This document shows positions 39,535 to 49,431 of a DNA stretch of 64,000 bases, one piece after another; within the stretch, counting starts at the first letter, position 1; the number at the start of each line of letters is the position of its first letter. Made by a program: the position numbers and the translations under genes. The notes under the pieces were generated by a model, which saw nothing but the letters and a program-made list of their open reading frames with translations, was not told the origin of the DNA and did not search any database. Origin of the DNA: an uncultured bacterium (lineage in GTDB: Bacteria; Hinthialibacterota; Hinthialibacteria; Hinthialibacterales; Hinthialibacteraceae); contig CAZKYC010000004.1 of NCBI GenBank assembly GCA_964556895.1, positions 11,964 to 75,963 of the forward strand, given 5' to 3'.

Positions 39535-41460
39535 ATGCAACGTATTTTCATCTTAATGATGGCCATCATGTGTCTGGCCGCCGGCGGCTGGGCAGCAACC
39601 AACAATTCTGGCAACCCCCCGACGTTTCTTCATTTAGACATCTGCACCAACGGTCTCGGCGACAACACCAGCGGCGTTGCCTTCCCTCGAATGGAAGCGG
39701 GCGTATTTGACGTTGGCGTCGACCTCGACGCTGACGGAACCATCGATCGTTGGTTGTCAGAAGAAAAGACCGAGTTTTTGGGCCGCGACAACCAAGACAA
39801 CATCAGCATCGACGGCTGGCGCCGGTTTTATATTCGGCTTGACGCCGACGCGGGCAAGATGGCGAAAATTCGCATCGTCGACCTTAGCGACGCGTTTTAC
39901 ATCGCGGTCAACGCCATCCGCCTGAACTACGCTGATGGGACCGTCGTCGCCAATGAAGTGCCCAATGGGTTCTTCGAAGACGAAGCTCCGTTGAACGGCT
40001 GGACGGTCTTAGAAGGCTCAGTCACCGACCCCGCCGCGCTCATCATCAATGACGAAAACGGCCAATACAACATGTACAGCACCAAGTTTTTCTCGTCGCG
40101 CACAGACGTCTTGAGCGCCGACAACTCAGAAACCGTCGTGATCGAATCAGACGCCTTTGAACTCAAAGCCCCCACCAGTTTTGTCTATGGCATGGTCTCG
40201 GGCGGCGGCTCTGAACTGTTCAACGTTCCCGAAGCGGGCTTGTCAGACAACGCCAGCGGCGTATTTCTCGACATCGAACCGCTCAACGGCGAATATGACG
40301 AAGGCCGCGACGTTCCTCTCACCGGCTTCTACGGCGGCAAGATCGACAACGTGCGCAACCAGATGCACCCCGTCTTTCTCAACACCTCCGGCCAAGAAGG
40401 CAAGCAATGCCAGATCGTCGCGATTGATAACTCAGAGTTTTATCACATCGGTCTCGATAGTTTTCGCATGAACTGGGACCTCGACATCATCCGCAACGGC
40501 GGGTTTGACGAAGGCGTACCGACTCCTGAAGAAGACCCCGACGCAGTCGAATGGTTTTCTGAACAAGTCATCGAACACACCCTTCACCCCAGCGGCGGCA
40601 TCCCCGGCTGGTCCGTCGAAAGCGACGCGGGCGACCCGGTTTATTACTTTGACGACGCCAGCCACGGCAGCCAGTTTTCAGGCCGAACCTTCATCGGCAC
40701 GGCTGGCAGCACCGAAGGCCGCTTCTTCACAGGAATGAAAGTGGTTTCCGACCCGTTCGCCATCACCGCCTTGCCTGACCCGGCCAACAGCATCTTCTTA
40801 CAGTTCGCGTCCGCCCAAGGCTCCGCCCGCGAGCGCTACACCGACGACGGCGGTTCAAAAGAATACGGCACCGTCGAACTTCACGTCGACGTCAACGGCA
40901 ACGGCAACTTTGACGACGCCGAAGACGCCAACTATCGTCAAATCCATCAGGGCATGGGCCAGAACTTCAACACCAGCAATATGGACTTATGGTCATACCC
41001 CGAATATCGCTTCTACATCAAGCCCGAACACTACGGCATGCCCGCCCGCATCTTTGTCGAAGACACCATGGGCCCCAGCCGCGGCAGCTATGGCTGGATG
41101 TGCGTCGACGACTTCTTTATCTGGAACGGCAGTGAAGCGGTCTTGCCTTTCCCCAACTCAGACTTTGAATTGGGCAGCATGGAAAACTGGAACGAAGAAA
41201 CCAACATCAACGGCGGCGAGCTCGACTCATGGTTGTCAGGCTCTGGCGAACTGTGGATTGACGGCTTGATCTGCCGCGATAGCAGCTGCCAGGCGGGCCA
41301 CTACGCCATGAACAACCGCCACGGTATGGCCGACGGCAACTTCGCGGCTGACTCAGCCCCCAACGAATACGCCAACGGCGACGCTGGCACAGGCACGCTG
41401 ATCTCAACCACCTTTGACTTGCCGACATTGACCACCGTTGACGAATGGAGCCTGTTCTAA
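39535..41460 (+). CDS. secreted protein with three CBM4/9-like (galactose-binding-like) modules
   Basis: Signal peptide. Three modules each begin with an NG(G)F(E/D)xxxxxxW pattern (EVPNGFFEDEAPLNGW, IIRNGGFDEGVP, FPNSDFELGSMENW) as in CBM_4_9 beta-sandwiches. Confidence 0.4.
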   Translation: MQRIFILMMAIMCLAAGGWAATNNSGNPPTFLHLDICTNGLGDNTSGVAFPRMEAGVFDVGVDLDADGTIDRWLSEEKTEFLGRDNQDNISIDGWRRFYIRLDADAGKMAKIRIVDLSDAFYIAVNAIRLNYADGTVVANEVPNGFFEDEAPLNGWTVLEGSVTDPAALIINDENGQYNMYSTKFFSSRTDVLSADNSETVVIESDAFELKAPTSFVYGMVSGGGSELFNVPEAGLSDNASGVFLDIEPLNGEYDEGRDVPLTGFYGGKIDNVRNQMHPVFLNTSGQEGKQCQIVAIDNSEFYHIGLDSFRMNWDLDIIRNGGFDEGVPTPEEDPDAVEWFSEQVIEHTLHPSGGIPGWSVESDAGDPVYYFDDASHGSQFSGRTFIGTAGSTEGRFFTGMKVVSDPFAITALPDPANSIFLQFASAQGSARERYTDDGGSKEYGTVELHVDVNGNGNFDDAEDANYRQIHQGMGQNFNTSNMDLWSYPEYRFYIKPEHYGMPARIFVEDTMGPSRGSYGWMCVDDFFIWNGSEAVLPFPNSDFELGSMENWNEETNINGGELDSWLSGSGELWIDGLICRDSSCQAGHYAMNNRHGMADGNFAADSAPNEYANGDAGTGTLISTTFDLPTLTTVDEWSLF

Positions 41461-41495
41461 GCCTCGCTGCTTAGGACGTCCTTTCAACAACTCAC

Positions 41496-41528
41496 GCTCC
41501 CATCGCCCCGGCGGTGGGAGCGTTTTTT
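41496..41528 (+). terminator. Rho-independent terminator
   Basis: GCTCCCA-TCGCCCCGGCGG-TGGGAGC followed by GTTTTTT. Confidence 0.55.
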
Positions 41529-41621
41529 ATGTGCGTGGCGCGGGCTATAATTGTCGTTCTGGTTACATTGAGATATTTATACTCATAACGCGTTTTTCGA
41601 TTCATTTTGACCGAAGGCCAA

Positions 41622-43850
41622 ATGAAAAATTTTTTTCTAGCCGGTATCGCTCTTTTATCGTTACTCTCTTCGCTCCATTCACATGCCTTTGAGCGAGTGG
41701 TATTCGCCCCGGCGGAGACGTTTGAACTCACGCCGCTGAACCCCGCCCATTTTACTGAATACATTTATTGGGCGCCGGAGGCCTTCGCCGACTTCAACGG
41801 CGACCCGTTTGAAGACTTGTTGTCGGCGTCGGGCGTAGACAACAAATTAGAATTATTTCTTCGCATTCCAAACGGCGGTTTTGAGTCGGGAAAGCTGGTG
41901 TTTCAAGCGACGCAGCCAATCGAAAGCCTCGCTGTCGGCGATTGGAACCTAGACGGCCATTCTGATTTCGCCGTTGGTTTGTTACACGATGAGACCGTCA
42001 TTGCTCTCAACCAGGGCAATGCAACATTCACGTTTATCAAAGGCCAATATGGCAGCCAAGTCGCTTCGGGCGATCTTAACAACGACGGCGCCATTGACTT
42101 GGTCGCGCTAAAAGACGGCTTTCTCTCTTGGCGTTTCGCCGCACCGGGTGAATGGAACAACAACGCCTGGCTTGAAACCCCATCAACCCTCCGCCCTCAA
42201 AGCATAGAACTGGCCGATTTTAATGGAGACGGAATTCTTGATGTTGGATCGGGAACAATAATCTATTCCATTTTTTACGGCGATGGGAATGGAGCATTTT
42301 CTGCACCCGTTGATTCTCCTTATGCCAGTCTTGGAACGATTTATCTTTCCTACACAGCCGCAGACTTAAACGGCGATGGGATGTCTGATTTATTTGGATT
42401 TCATACGCGAGACTTATACATCCCTTCTTTACAAATTTTCAATTATCTGGGTGAAGGCCTATTCAGCGACCCGTCAGAGTTTGACTTTCCCTGGATTTCT
42501 CACCAGGACCAATACGCGGTCTCTGATTTTAACGCTGACGGATTTGACGACATCGCAGCAACCATTCTCGGCGAATCAGGCCAGGGCAGCCGGGTCAGAA
42601 TCATGTATGGCCCCTACGATAACGGCTTTCAATGGATCGACGATCTCTATCAAAGCGGTTCGCAACCACTGGGGATATACGCCATCAATACGCTGCCCAA
42701 TGGCGCCGCCGACCTGATGGTGATTTTATCTGAACCTAGCCAAGCGGTGTATTTTCGCTGGATTGGCCTTCAACCAACAACGCAAAATCGCGAAGCAACG
42801 ACCCTGCGCGTCCCCGAAGACGTATTGACCTTGTCGCAGGCGCTGCGCGAGTCGATTGAAGGCGACGTCATCTCGCTGGCGCAAGGCCAGTATGACGACA
42901 ACATCGTCATCAACAACGCAACCACAACCATCAGCGGGCGGCTCAATGAAGGCCTGCCGCTTATCACAGGCGAATGGAACATCTCCAACAGCGCGATCAA
43001 CATCGACCTGATTGAGACAAACGAGACGACCATAACGGCTGACAATTCGCGGTTGAATATTTCTAGATCAAAACTCGGTGGAAGAAGTTCTGTCAGAGGC
43101 TTCCCGCGATCAACGATGCTTGGCGTCCCAAGCCGCCCTGCGCTGGTTGTAACAAACGTCAGTGGTGAAACTCTCGCTCTCGCTCATTGTGAAATACGCG
43201 GCGGTCAGGTTCTTGAGACGCCGGGTGAACCAAGTGAGGATTCAGCAAAACCCGAGAACGAAAGCAACGCCGGCGCTGCGGTTTTGATTGAGAACAACAC
43301 AAACACAGTGGCTCAATTGACAGATACGAAAATCATCGGCGGTAAAGGCTCAGCGACGGGCAATGATATTCACCTCTCGCTGCCCGGCGGGACGGGCGTG
43401 TTGGTGAGAGATTCAATGAATATTCAGCTGATGCTCAATGAATCGACGTTATCAGGCGGCGCCGGGGCTGATGTGTTTGGATATATCCCAAAAGGCGCGT
43501 CTGTTCAATACTTCTTCACTGCCACACAGCCCGGCGGGCCTTCGATTCGGTCAATACGCTCAACCGTTGAATTCCACACAGGACGCCTCGACGGCGGTGT
43601 TGGCGGCGCCGGCGGAGAGTTTCAGACGACCATCTTCAAAGACGCCGAATCTGTATTTCTCGACGGCGCAACGGGCGGCGCGGGCGCGCAAGCGTTTGAC
43701 CATTCAAGCGTCATCATTCGCGAGAGCATCCTCAACGGCGGTCTGGGCGGCGCACCCAACGGTGAATACGGCCCGCAATTCGAAACAGACGAGACCTCAA
43801 CCATTGAGCTCATCAACACAACCGCGGTAGAAAATTGGTTTTTGTATTAA
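41622..43850 (+). CDS. secreted FG-GAP/VCBS-repeat protein with C-terminal parallel beta-helix-like region
   Basis: Signal peptide MKNFFLAGIALLSLLSSLHSHA. Multiple DxNxDGxxD calcium-binding FG-GAP motifs (DWNLDGHSDF, DLNNDGAIDL, DFNGDGILDV, DLNGDGMSDL, DFNADGFDDI). The C-terminal 350 aa are Gly/Asn-rich repetitive. Confidence 0.55.
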   Translation: MKNFFLAGIALLSLLSSLHSHAFERVVFAPAETFELTPLNPAHFTEYIYWAPEAFADFNGDPFEDLLSASGVDNKLELFLRIPNGGFESGKLVFQATQPIESLAVGDWNLDGHSDFAVGLLHDETVIALNQGNATFTFIKGQYGSQVASGDLNNDGAIDLVALKDGFLSWRFAAPGEWNNNAWLETPSTLRPQSIELADFNGDGILDVGSGTIIYSIFYGDGNGAFSAPVDSPYASLGTIYLSYTAADLNGDGMSDLFGFHTRDLYIPSLQIFNYLGEGLFSDPSEFDFPWISHQDQYAVSDFNADGFDDIAATILGESGQGSRVRIMYGPYDNGFQWIDDLYQSGSQPLGIYAINTLPNGAADLMVILSEPSQAVYFRWIGLQPTTQNREATTLRVPEDVLTLSQALRESIEGDVISLAQGQYDDNIVINNATTTISGRLNEGLPLITGEWNISNSAINIDLIETNETTITADNSRLNISRSKLGGRSSVRGFPRSTMLGVPSRPALVVTNVSGETLALAHCEIRGGQVLETPGEPSEDSAKPENESNAGAAVLIENNTNTVAQLTDTKIIGGKGSATGNDIHLSLPGGTGVLVRDSMNIQLMLNESTLSGGAGADVFGYIPKGASVQYFFTATQPGGPSIRSIRSTVEFHTGRLDGGVGGAGGEFQTTIFKDAESVFLDGATGGAGAQAFDHSSVIIRESILNGGLGGAPNGEYGPQFETDETSTIELINTTAVENWFLY

Positions 43851-43867
43851 GCGCCCCGCCAGTCGCT

Positions 43868-43980
43868 TATATAATGGTTGCCAGAATTATGTGGGGATTG
43901 AGCTTAGGTAACTGTATCTTTCGCTGTCCGCCGCGGCGGATACGGGCGCGCTTACCGCACGCAATTTTGTCAAACGCTCT
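43868..43980 (+). repeat. 113-nt interspersed element, copy D
   Basis: See copy A. Followed at 44017-44040 by a CCTCCCCCAACTTGGGGGAGG hairpin just after the PmoA-family gene stop. Confidence 0.8.
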
Positions 43981-44054
43981 AAACCTATTGATGCACTCAG
44001 CCTTTCAGACAACCCCCACCCAGCCTCCCCCAACTTGGGGGAGGGGTAGGTTGT

Positions 44055-44945
44055 CTACTTCACCCAGTCGTCAAACAGCTGATTAAGATCGTCTGGGTCA
44101 GGTTCGCCTGAAAACACAACAGTTCGGTATTTTAGATTGAGCGTGTCACCTTTGTTGAACTGCCAGGGTTGTTCCAAAAAGTTCAAATTGGTCGGCGAGA
44201 AAAATCCGTAGTTGCGCGTAAACCACTTCGCCGGGAACCACGGGTTTTTGGGGTGGTCAAATATCGCCAGACCTTCGGTGGCTCCCAGGCGGTTTCCAAA
44301 ATAGGCCATCCACTCTGACTCGACGCTCAAGGTGGCCTTTTCGCCTTTGTGTCCCTGTTTGTTGACTAAAGTTCCGCCTGAGTTGACGCATAGTTCCGGC
44401 GCCATGCGGGCCGAAAACAGCGAGTGGTTGGTGCGCTCGATCTTCACTTTCATCTGGGCGACGAGCGTGATATCAAAATCAATCACGCGCAATGACTCAT
44501 TAGGCGCGGTGATGGTGACGCGGCGTTCGTCGATGAAGGGCATGGGCGCGCCGGGCCTGACCCATTCACAGCGCTGGATAAACACCACGCGGTCGCCGCC
44601 CGCTTCGATGAGTTTCATTTTGTTTGAGATGATTTGCCCTCGCTCGAGCGTGTCTTGCCAGTAGTTGCCGCCGTTGACCTTGTCACAGCCAAAGAACAGC
44701 GAGTGATGATGGGGATACGGCTCAGAGGTCTGGGTGGTGACGCTGAGGCCCGTCGCGGGGCCGTTGACTGGATAAAAATACGGGTATTTTTCGTTGGTAG
44801 CGTAGCGATAATCAGTAAACACTTCGCCATCGACGGTCACCCGAACAACATCGTCAAGTTTGACCGCACCGACCGTTTGAGGTTGAGCGGCGGCGGTCGA
44901 AACAAATACACAGATCGCTGTCATGGCTAGAATGCAAATACGCAT
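44055..44945 (-). CDS. PmoA-family (DUF6807) protein, secreted
   Basis: Signal peptide. PYPHHHSLFFGCDKVNGGNYWQ matches the conserved HHxSLWFxHGDVNG block of the PmoA-like family. Confidence 0.55.
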   Translation of the reverse strand: MRICILAMTAICVFVSTAAAQPQTVGAVKLDDVVRVTVDGEVFTDYRYATNEKYPYFYPVNGPATGLSVTTQTSEPYPHHHSLFFGCDKVNGGNYWQDTLERGQIISNKMKLIEAGGDRVVFIQRCEWVRPGAPMPFIDERRVTITAPNESLRVIDFDITLVAQMKVKIERTNHSLFSARMAPELCVNSGGTLVNKQGHKGEKATLSVESEWMAYFGNRLGATEGLAIFDHPKNPWFPAKWFTRNYGFFSPTNLNFLEQPWQFNKGDTLNLKYRTVVFSGEPDPDDLNQLFDDWVK

Positions 44946-44948
44946 GGC

Positions 44949-46148
44949 TTAGGCCTCCCACATCTTTCGCTGTTTGGCGTCGTATTTCATTACTTTATTG
45001 CGGCGAATCGACTGGGCCGTCATGATGCCCGCGACCGAATGGGCTAGGCCCATCTCGACCGGGGTGCGCGGGTCTTGGCGCGAGCGCAGGCATTCGATCC
45101 AGTTCCACATATGGCTGGTGGTTTTGGCGGGCGGTAGCGTTTTTTCACCTTCGATCTTGTTTGCGCCGCCGCCGTCGCCTGATACGACCGCTTTCCACAT
45201 ATCGAGTTTGCCGTTGGTCCCATAGGCGATGCAGTGAGTGTCGGCTTCGTTGCACAGGCTCATGGTGAAATTAAGTTGGAAGCCAGATGGATATTGGGCG
45301 ATGACGCCGATGGTGTCAAAGGTCTCGCGCCCGTCTTCGCCCCAGAAATAGACGCCGCCGCCGCCGCACAGCGTATGAGGAAACGGGTCGTTCATGGCGT
45401 AGGCGATCAGGTTGTAATAGTGTGACATCCACAGGCCGGGCAGCCCGTTGGTATAGTCGCGGTAGAGATACCAGCGCTTAAAGCGCTTGGGGTCGAAGGC
45501 TTTTTTGGGGCGGTGCATCTGAAAGTTGTCCCACTCAACGTCAGCCTGTTTGACGTCGTCGTAGGGTTTGCGCCAGCGCGGTTGGTTGAAGTTTTGTGAA
45601 ATCGAGACGCGGGTGATTTTGCCCAATTCACCCGACTGGGCCGCCTCGGCGCAGGCGATAAAGCGGCCGTCGCTGCGCCATTGGGTGCCTACCTGGACGA
45701 CACGCTTCTTCTCGCGCACCGCGTCAACGGCAGCGATGGCTTCGTCAAAGTCGATCGCCATGGGTTTTTCACAGTAGGCGTCTTTGCCAGCGTCGGCGGC
45801 TTCTTTCAAAATCTTGGCGTGGCCAAAGTCGGGCGTGGCGATGACCACCGCGTCAATCGACGGGTCGGCCAATACTTCCTCATAGTTGTCGTAAGTTTTT
45901 GGGGGCGAGTCTTGATTGTCATGCACCTTGGCGGCGGCTTTTTCGAGCGTCGGCTTCCACACGTCACAGACCGCGCCGATCTCGACGTTTAATTCGCTGC
46001 AGGCGTGAATGTCGTTGATGTGTTGCATGCCGCGCACGCCGCAGCCCAACACCGCCAGGCGCAGCGTGTCGTTCGCGCTGGCGGCGCGTGGAACCTGTAA
46101 GGCCAGCGCAGACAAAGCGCCGCTTTGAATAACGGTTCTGCGTTTCAT
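44949..46148 (-). CDS. Gfo/Idh/MocA family oxidoreductase with twin-arginine signal
   Basis: MKRRTVIQSGALSALAL Tat motif, then a LAVLGCGVRG Rossmann motif and a GFIA C-terminal domain. Confidence 0.75.
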   Translation of the reverse strand: MKRRTVIQSGALSALALQVPRAASANDTLRLAVLGCGVRGMQHINDIHACSELNVEIGAVCDVWKPTLEKAAAKVHDNQDSPPKTYDNYEEVLADPSIDAVVIATPDFGHAKILKEAADAGKDAYCEKPMAIDFDEAIAAVDAVREKKRVVQVGTQWRSDGRFIACAEAAQSGELGKITRVSISQNFNQPRWRKPYDDVKQADVEWDNFQMHRPKKAFDPKRFKRWYLYRDYTNGLPGLWMSHYYNLIAYAMNDPFPHTLCGGGGVYFWGEDGRETFDTIGVIAQYPSGFQLNFTMSLCNEADTHCIAYGTNGKLDMWKAVVSGDGGGANKIEGEKTLPPAKTTSHMWNWIECLRSRQDPRTPVEMGLAHSVAGIMTAQSIRRNKVMKYDAKQRKMWEA

Positions 46149-46276
46149 GGTTTCTCCCCTTTAATGGACGACGTCTGATTTATTTAAGGGGGAGGGCGAA
46201 CCTCCCGGTGAGCCGCATACAATGAACATGTTTCTAAACAAATCGGCTCGTCAGGAGACTCGCCCTCCCCCAATCA

Positions 46277-46798
46277 TTATGAATTTGAATAGGTCTCGGC
46301 GAATTGATGGATCGCGTCTTCTTGCCAATGGGTTTCGATCGCGCTGGGGCGGCAGCGGCGCACCTCGGCGATGGCCTGTTCCGCCGAACGCCCCTGAGTA
46401 ACCAAGTAACAGGCGATCATGGCGCCGGTGCGGCCCGACCCGCCCAGGCAATGCAACACAATGGGTTTGTCGTTTTTGATGTTTTCATTTGCGAACGAGA
46501 TAAACTCGTTTATCTGAGATGGAGTCGGCGCGGTCATGTCAGGCACAGGGATATGAATACAGCGGATGCCCGCTTCTTCGATGCGGTCGTGGGCGATGGG
46601 GGCTTCGGTCAGGCTGACTAGGGCGCCGATACCTTTGACTAGTAACTCTTCAATCTCGCGGTTGAGTTCTTCATCAGCGGCGTTGTCGGCGTCTTCTAAA
46701 TAGAGATAGGCGCGCGAACCCGTAGGCAGCCCCATGCCGGCGATGACGTTCTCAATGACCCAGTAAAAGTTTGATAACATCCAATCCCGTCCCATCAA
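46277..46798 (-). CDS. dual-specificity / protein-tyrosine phosphatase
   Basis: HCLGGSGRTG (the CX5R P-loop) about 110 aa in. 173 aa. Confidence 0.65.
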   Translation of the reverse strand: MMGRDWMLSNFYWVIENVIAGMGLPTGSRAYLYLEDADNAADEELNREIEELLVKGIGALVSLTEAPIAHDRIEEAGIRCIHIPVPDMTAPTPSQINEFISFANENIKNDKPIVLHCLGGSGRTGAMIACYLVTQGRSAEQAIAEVRRCRPSAIETHWQEDAIHQFAETYSNS

Positions 46799-46879
46799 TG
46801 GTTCTCCTATAGTGTACTAAAAAGTGGGCGCGTGTCCAATTGGCGGGGCGGCCTTCACGCCTGATGTGTTTGTGCGCTA

Positions 46880-47224
46880 TCAGTATGGTCGGCCCCAGCA
46901 ACCTGAATACCCTGTTGGAGTTGATCCCGCCTTATTGGCAGCCTTGAGACCAAGCGCGAGATGGTAGAAGAGCGCTCGTCGCTCAACAGTGCTGATCACA
47001 TTGTCATCCCCTTGATGATCGCCAAGGGCGCCAACGACCCGCGCGTGAAACAGGCTGAGAGCGAACCGATCGTCGACGCGCTCAAAGAAAAGGGCAAAGA
47101 CGTGGTGTATTTGTTGTATGAAGACGAAGGCCACGGTCTGCTCAAGCAGGAAAACCGCCTTCACTTCTATACTGAAATGGAAGAGTTACTCGCCAAACAC
47201 CTCGGCGGAAGGGTAGAAAAGTAA
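46880..47224 (+). pseudogene. 3-prime remnant of an S9 (prolyl oligopeptidase / dipeptidyl-peptidase) family peptidase gene
   Basis: The intact C-terminal 87-aa ORF has ...PLMIAKGANDPRV...YEDEGHGL..., which carries the catalytic Asp and His region of S9 alpha/beta hydrolases. Upstream, ...NLNTLLELIPPYWQP stops (TGA at 46937-46939) and must shift frame to continue. No N-terminal domain or catalytic Ser. Confidence 0.5.
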
Positions 47225-47391
47225 GTCGTAACGCAGCAGGGGGTGCAGCAAACTGCACCCCCTGATTAAAGCATAAGAGAAACGCAACTCTCTATTTATA
47301 CTTGCTTGAATGTGATCTAAGTTAGCCAAAAATACTTGAGCTTTCATTATGATTATTCAAAACAGATCACAGCGCCGCCTGGGCTTCGCGT

Positions 47392-49287
47392 CTAGGCGGC
47401 GTTTCTGTCTTGGTGTTTATTGGCGATTGAAACAAATTGCTCTTCTAATGCGATGAATGCATCGACGATATCAGGATCAAATTGCGTCTCTCTTCCATCA
47501 AGAATAATCTCTTTGGCTTTTTGATGAGAGAACGCTTCTTTATAAACCCGTTTGCTGGTCAGGGCGTCATAAACGTCTGCAATCGCCATCAATCTGGCAG
47601 AGACAGGAATCTCTTCTTCCTTTAATCCATAAGGATACCCTTTGCCGTCCCAGCGTTCGTGGTGTGCGTAGGCAATTTCACTGGCGATTTTAAGAAATGA
47701 ATCCGATCCGAGTTGTTCGACGGCGCGTTGCAGCGTGTCGCCGCCGTAGATGGTATGTTTCTTCATGATCTCAAATTCTTCATCCGTAAGACGCCCTGGC
47801 TTCAACAAAATCGTATCAGGGACGCCTACTTTTCCAATATCATGCAACGGCGCTGATTTGTACAATTGTTCAATTGCTTTCGATGTTAATTCATTTTGAA
47901 AACGGGTATTGTCCTGCAAAAATTCTGCAATAATTTTAACGTACAGCCGAGTTCGCTGCAGATGTTCGCCTGTCTCTGGGTCGCGCGTTTCAGCAAGCCC
48001 GGCCAGGCATAATATCGTAATGTCTTGAGTATTGTTTAAATCTGCCGTTCGTTGTTCCACTTGATCTTCAAGATGAAGGTTTGCGTTCAGCAACATTTCT
48101 TCCATCTTGCGGATATGGGTAATGTCGCGTCCAGCAATAATGACTGCAGGTTCTTGTTCGAAACACGACAGTACATATTCCATATAACGCCCCTGGATTT
48201 CAGTCTGGACTGTCTTGCTTGAATCAACTCCTGCTGCTAACGCGCTTTGTATCACTTGTAGAATGTTTGGCGGAAGGATCTTCTTTGCGTCTGTCTTATC
48301 AAATCCAAAGTGAGTGAGCAGTTGTTGTGCGGCAGGATTACAATATAACACTTCACCAAGTGAATTCATCTTGATAACGGGATTTCGATCTGCTTCGGGA
48401 AAACGAGAGAGGCTTGATACTTTATCGATGTATTTACGAATTAATTGGTCGCGATGTTCACGGTCATATCTTAAAGAACCAATCGTGCGGATAATCGTCC
48501 ATATTCCAACAGTTATGAATAAAGATAAACTAATCCAAATTCCAAACGCTAGACTTGGATTAGTATAAATCAGGGTTGAAAACAGCACACAAATAAAGGC
48601 GTAAATTCCTGCTGCTGGCAATGCTGCGTTAAACAATGCGCGATGGTCTTGAAAGTGTTTCTGATGGTTGATAAAAGATGAAATGAAGCGGGAAAATGCG
48701 AGTTCGCAATACGAATATTTGACGACAAATTTTCTTTCGTGAGCAATAAAACGCATTTCAGAACAAAACTTATGAATGCCGCCATCACTCAACAACCGGG
48801 CCGTAAGTTGGCTTTTCTTCCATGAAAAGCGCTGTTGAATTGTCTCTGGAGTTGCTGTGAGTTGATCAATGCAATAAAATAAAATCAGCATAGATTCAAG
48901 AATCTGATTGTTTTCAAGTAATACATCAAATTCAACTTCTTCGATGTTGTTTGAAATTAGAAAATCTGCCAGCAGGTTTGAATTTGATAACTGAAATGTC
49001 TGTTTGGCTGATATCCCAGTAATCTCGTTTCTATCAGGCCTGAGAATGAGCCGGTCGGTTTGGCTCTGTTGCAGAAACGGAAAAATATCTTTTTCTAAAT
49101 GGTCTGCAATCGGCCGCAGTTGAGCCATCATCTTTCGATATTTAGTACGCAGCCTGTATAAAAGCCATTCACCTTGTAAGAGCGCGGCGCCTGACCTGGC
49201 GCATTCAAAAACGCCGATTGGATGTTGAACATTGGTATGTTCTTGATGGTCAACATATTGGCTCTTGGCAGCATTCATAATAGCCAT
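47392..49287 (-). CDS. membrane-associated sensor HD-GYP domain protein
   Basis: C-terminal HDIGK...HHERWDGKGYPYGL HD-GYP signature. The central region has TM helices and a PAS-like segment. The N-terminal half is markedly AT-rich. Confidence 0.75.
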   Translation of the reverse strand: MAIMNAAKSQYVDHQEHTNVQHPIGVFECARSGAALLQGEWLLYRLRTKYRKMMAQLRPIADHLEKDIFPFLQQSQTDRLILRPDRNEITGISAKQTFQLSNSNLLADFLISNNIEEVEFDVLLENNQILESMLILFYCIDQLTATPETIQQRFSWKKSQLTARLLSDGGIHKFCSEMRFIAHERKFVVKYSYCELAFSRFISSFINHQKHFQDHRALFNAALPAAGIYAFICVLFSTLIYTNPSLAFGIWISLSLFITVGIWTIIRTIGSLRYDREHRDQLIRKYIDKVSSLSRFPEADRNPVIKMNSLGEVLYCNPAAQQLLTHFGFDKTDAKKILPPNILQVIQSALAAGVDSSKTVQTEIQGRYMEYVLSCFEQEPAVIIAGRDITHIRKMEEMLLNANLHLEDQVEQRTADLNNTQDITILCLAGLAETRDPETGEHLQRTRLYVKIIAEFLQDNTRFQNELTSKAIEQLYKSAPLHDIGKVGVPDTILLKPGRLTDEEFEIMKKHTIYGGDTLQRAVEQLGSDSFLKIASEIAYAHHERWDGKGYPYGLKEEEIPVSARLMAIADVYDALTSKRVYKEAFSHQKAKEIILDGRETQFDPDIVDAFIALEEQFVSIANKHQDRNAA

Positions 49288-49431
49288 TCTGTCAGATTAA
49301 GATGATATTTTTTACATAGCAAGTCGTGACAGGATGTATCTGTTATTGTATGCCCTCAATTGTGAATGCCAAAAAATAGAGAAGCGAAGAGTTTGTCGGA
49401 ATTTTTACAGACCCGAATAAATGTTGCCCCT

